Source: Candidatus Omnitrophota bacterium (GTDB lineage: Bacteria; Omnitrophota; Gorgyraeia; Zapsychrales; Aceulaceae). From it: a DNA stretch of 64,000 bases. The notes below the pieces were generated by a model. The model saw only the letters and a program-made list of their open reading frames with translations. It did not search any database and had not been told where the DNA came from. The DNA is taken from NCBI GenBank assembly GCA_028693815.1, contig JAQUUP010000003.1:1850-65849 (forward strand). Direction: 5' to 3'. Position 1 is the stretch's first letter, and each line of letters begins with the position of its first letter. Positions 60,983-64,000 of this stretch are shown here, piece after piece. Position numbers and translations under genes: made by a program.

Positions 60983-61744
60983 TTATTTCTCAGCAACAAC
61001 AAGCATCTCAAAATCTTCTGTGGTTAATTTATGCTCCCTCGAAAATTCCCCCAGCTTTGCTCCAAATATATCAATTTTCTTATACCCCAACGATTTCAAA
61101 AGCCACGTAATCTCACTCGGCACATAATAGCGCTCGTTGCATTTGAGTTCTTTCTTATTTCCGCAATCGTCTTCAAAAACAGCGGTATTGTGATCGCGAA
61201 ACGTCATCAGATCAAAAGTGCAGTCCTTACATTGAGCGTTTCCTTCTTTAGCTTGCGATTCATAAAATTCTTTAACCGAATGGAACAGCGGGAATAAACC
61301 GTTTAGCGTAGTAAAGATCAACTTGCCGTTATCTTTTAATGCCTTCGTAGCATTCTTAAGAATCTCAAAATTCATCTCGTCCGTTTCCATAAGAGAAAAA
61401 CCTGCTTCACACAGCATAATCGCAAGATCAAAATCACCTTCAAAAAGAAGCTTCCTTGCATCTTGCTGTTGAAAATTAATCTCCAAGGATTGTTCTTGTG
61501 CTTTTTCCCTCGCCCTTTGAAGTAGCGAATCAGACAGATCTACCCCTGTCACATTATACCCTCTTTTTGTGAGCTCAATCGTATGACGACCAGTACCGCA
61601 ACCAATATCAATAATCTTTAATGATTTATTCCCATTAATCTCTTTCTCAATAAAGTCGCACTCGCCAAACGTTCCCTTCACAAAACACTCGCTGTCGTAT
61701 TTATTTCCATAATTTACATATAATTCTTCATACCATTGCTTCAT
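60983..61744 (-). CDS. Class I SAM-dependent methyltransferase
   Basis: Motif I IIDIGCGTGRH and motif II-III spacing. The gene is bracketed by inverted repeats. Confidence 0.75.
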   Translation of the reverse strand: MKQWYEELYVNYGNKYDSECFVKGTFGECDFIEKEINGNKSLKIIDIGCGTGRHTIELTKRGYNVTGVDLSDSLLQRAREKAQEQSLEINFQQQDARKLLFEGDFDLAIMLCEAGFSLMETDEMNFEILKNATKALKDNGKLIFTTLNGLFPLFHSVKEFYESQAKEGNAQCKDCTFDLMTFRDHNTAVFEDDCGNKKELKCNERYYVPSEITWLLKSLGYKKIDIFGAKLGEFSREHKLTTEDFEMLVVAEK

Positions 61745-61824
61745 AAAAAATTTCTCCTATTAAATCACAACCTCACCCGAATGAGTGAGGTTGCGGCTCC
61801 AGACAGCTTTATTTCGCCTGGGCG

Positions 61825-61840
61825 TCAAGTAAGGGTGGCT
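61825..61840. repeat. Right arm of the inverted repeat (TCGCCTGGGCGTCAAG)
   Basis: Reverse complement of 60571-60585 with one extra G. Confidence 0.5.
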
Positions 61841-61880
61841 GGGTGAAGAAGGTTCGCACCACTCTTATGACCAGCACCTG

Positions 61881-62453
61881 TTATTTATGAGCAAGCTCTT
61901 TCTGATCCTGCTCCTCAAAATCGCCGCTAATCTCGGAAACCGTGAACATTTCCTTCTTAAACTTGTTTGATTTTGCCTGCGCCGCGATCAAATCCTTCAA
62001 ATTAGATAATAAATTGTCCGCGAAAGTGTCTGTCGTGTTTCTCATGGCCTTGAGAACCCCCAGACCCATCTGATCATCGTCACCTGAAAGCTTCACCAGC
62101 CGTTTGATCAACTGATGAATGGCGTGCAAATGAAAACGAATCAAATCAACGATCTTCAGATTCCGTGGCGCAAAGTTAAAATTGATGTTCATATCCAAAA
62201 CCCTGCCGTAATCCAACAAATCTTTAACCGTCAAATCCATATCCTCAGCATGCTCGATCTTGGAAATCCGGCTTTGTGTGCATCCGAGCTTTTGAGCCAT
62301 TTGTTTTTGTGTCATCCCCTTTTGATTACGCAAAACGAACAAAAACCGGGACAACCGGCGCTTGTTGACTTGTTCATCAAACTGCTGGTCAAATTCTTTA
62401 TCCTCAGACAAAGATTTCACCATGTCCTGAACACTTTTAAATTTTTTAGCCAT
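61881..62453 (-). CDS. XRE-family HTH antitoxin (HigA-like addiction-module antidote)
   Basis: Cro/C1-type HTH (MTQKQMAQKLGCTQSRISKIE). It overlaps the upstream toxin-like gene by 8 bp. Confidence 0.65.
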   Translation of the reverse strand: MAKKFKSVQDMVKSLSEDKEFDQQFDEQVNKRRLSRFLFVLRNQKGMTQKQMAQKLGCTQSRISKIEHAEDMDLTVKDLLDYGRVLDMNINFNFAPRNLKIVDLIRFHLHAIHQLIKRLVKLSGDDDQMGLGVLKAMRNTTDTFADNLLSNLKDLIAAQAKSNKFKKEMFTVSEISGDFEEQDQKELAHK

Positions 62454-62820
62454 CTTCGCTCTCCCTTATTGCTTTGACAAATTCTTTTGCCAACTGAATA
62501 TCTGTTTTCTGCGTGTTTTTATCGCCAATCGTAATAAGCCAAATCTCACGCTTTTCTTTATCCGGATACAAATACAACCGCGTCTGCTTCAATTTCTTCC
62601 TAACTCCGCCTCGCTTCTGATCGATCGCCACAACGCCCATGGGTTCCGGATGAATGAATCCCGCCTGAACACGCAACGGATCAATGCCTGAATCCACCGC
62701 AGTCTTATAATCAAGCAAATTCGCCAAAACCGCCTGCAGTTCATCCTTATGTTTCTTTTGATACTGTTTAAAAGAACGATCGTACTTATCCGTGTTGCAT
62801 AAATTCCAAGACATAAACAT
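62446..62820 (-). CDS. RelE/ParE-superfamily toxin (HigB-like addiction-module killer protein)
   Basis: C-terminal ...IWLITIGDKNTQKTDIQLAKEF resembles the TIGR02683 killer-protein motif (GDK.TQ..DI..A). The toxin-first gene order is also HigB-like. Confidence 0.55.
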   Translation of the reverse strand: MFMSWNLCNTDKYDRSFKQYQKKHKDELQAVLANLLDYKTAVDSGIDPLRVQAGFIHPEPMGVVAIDQKRGGVRKKLKQTRLYLYPDKEKREIWLITIGDKNTQKTDIQLAKEFVKAIRESEDG

Positions 62821-62888
62821 TCTCCATAAGAATATATACCATATTAAAAGATAAAAAACAACCTAAAATATTCCTGACAGGAATTTCT

Positions 62889-64000
62889 CTATCTCACCAC
62901 AATTTTAACAAATGCGCTTCTGCCGTTGGCATCAACAACCGCGATCTTATGATCACCATCCATCATATTCCAAAACACCTTCTGCCCCGCACTGCTTTTC
63001 TGATAAAACTTGTCATCCACAAACCAAAAAAGCGCGCCGCTATCAAACCCCGCGTCCGCAAGCAAAGCCAACTGATCATTCATCTGATTATTCAATTTAA
63101 AATATTCCGTCCCATGAGACGGAGAAATAATTTTCGGACGATTCTTATCTAAATTCACCAATCTGCTGTCTTGCTCTAAATACCGTGGAGGCTCGTGATA
63201 ATTAGCTCGATTCTGCTTAGCCCATGTCTGCAACTTCTGCGGCCAAATCTCAAAAACTTCTTCTGTATACTCTCGCTCCTGCTTCAACTGATCATCAAGC
63301 GCCAAACCTGTTTCTTTATCAATGGCGATCTTTTTATGCATATCCGACGGCAGGCTCACACTCACGCCCTTAATAAAATAATCCTTCACAACAACCGGCG
63401 ATAATGCCGTCGCAGGCTTTCCGCTTAAAGCGCAAACGTCTCGTTCTCCAATAGAATCAGGCTTGTCATACCATGGCGCCTGCTTCTTCGCGTATACATG
63501 ATCAAACACCCTCGCCACAACTGGAGCCGCGGTTGGCAGACCAACAAGAGCCTTGGAGGACTTGCCTGAAAAATTTCCAAGCCAAACACCGACGGTATAT
63601 TCCGGATTAAAGCCTATTGTCCAAGCGTCTCGATGCCCGTATGATGTGCCTGTCTTAAAGGCAAATTTCGGATGCGTTTTATCGTGATGATATTGCGTAT
63701 CCTTAAACCGATTTGAATCTGACAAAATATCCGCGACCAAGAATGAAGCGCCTTGCGAGAAAACCCGCTTTCCCTCAACAGCATCTCCACCCTCAAGAAA
63801 ACTATACGGCTTAAAGACGCCAAGACGCGCGAATGACGTATACGCATTGGTCAGTTCAAGCAGATTCACGTCCCCCGACCCCAATGTCAACGCCAACCCA
63901 TAATGTGAAGGCGGTTTAGATAGCGTAGTCACCCCGGTTTTCTTAAGCGTAGAATAAAGATTCTGATACCCCACCTTATCAAGCACCTCGACAGCTGGAA
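62889..64000 (-). CDS. pbpC: Penicillin-binding protein 1C, C-terminal portion; the gene continues beyond the window
   Basis: KTGTSYGHRDAWTIGF (KTG motif) and TLGSGDVNLLELTNAY transpeptidase blocks, followed by a PbpC-type C-terminal domain. Confidence 0.8.
   Translation of the reverse strand, partial: PAVEVLDKVGYQNLYSTLKKTGVTTLSKPPSHYGLALTLGSGDVNLLELTNAYTSFARLGVFKPYSFLEGGDAVEGKRVFSQGASFLVADILSDSNRFKDTQYHHDKTHPKFAFKTGTSYGHRDAWTIGFNPEYTVGVWLGNFSGKSSKALVGLPTAAPVVARVFDHVYAKKQAPWYDKPDSIGERDVCALSGKPATALSPVVVKDYFIKGVSVSLPSDMHKKIAIDKETGLALDDQLKQEREYTEEVFEIWPQKLQTWAKQNRANYHEPPRYLEQDSRLVNLDKNRPKIISPSHGTEYFKLNNQMNDQLALLADAGFDSGALFWFVDDKFYQKSSAGQKVFWNMMDGDHKIAVVDANGRSAFVKIVVR

Noticed and set aside
1-64000. 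tRNA, rRNA and CRISPR arrays
   Set aside because: I scanned intergenic regions for T-loop-like GGTTCGAATCC / GGTTCAAATCC motifs and their reverse complements, for rRNA-like GC-rich conserved blocks, and for regularly spaced direct repeats separated by unique spacers. None were found. The 50-bp tandem repeats have no spacers.

Overview
This is a low-GC (~35%) bacterial chromosomal window from a diderm lineage, judged from the Mla lipid-transport genes and SPOR proteins. Almost all genes are on the minus strand.

Genes read from translations, in order:
- Heat-shock operon hrcA-grpE-dnaK with an upstream CIRCE operator.
- A 1774-aa secreted protein with about 8 tandem CBM4/9-like repeats.
- hflX-miaA, a TPR+SPOR protein, and an EF-G paralog with a frameshift.
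- An orphan CheD-like gene, a YihY/BrkB membrane protein, a nitroreductase, a NUDIX hydrolase, cca and nrdR.
- A ~12 kb purine/one-carbon operon: purB-purC-purSL-LOG-purQ-purM-purD-purE, then a tsaC/LMW-PTP fusion, rpiB and glyA.
- A polyprenyl synthetase, a HemW-like radical-SAM gene and a 39-aa lysine-rich protein.
- A macro-domain protein and an MlaFED cluster preceded by an RsbW-like kinase and a STAS protein.
- SPFH, an ABC-F ATPase, a DEAD-box helicase and an accessory-looking stretch: TylF methyltransferase, a beta-carbonic-anhydrase-like mini protein, an amino-acid permease fused to PTS EIIA, MscS-like, two DUF21-CBS paralogs, a GlgE N-terminal fragment and TetR.
- A higher-GC terminal segment with a methyltransferase flanked by inverted repeats, a HigB/HigA-like toxin-antitoxin pair and a partial pbpC.

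No rRNA, tRNA or CRISPR array was seen.

The most unusual signal is a family of short dispersed intergenic elements:
- A conserved ~60-nt hairpin-containing leader abuts the start codons of nrdR, the NUDIX gene, a PLDc_N gene and mlaD.
- A ~105-bp element occurs in two copies, one preceded by three 50-bp tandem hairpin repeats.
- A duplicated module of RBS, a tiny ORF beginning MNV and an intrinsic terminator sits upstream of the CheD-like gene.
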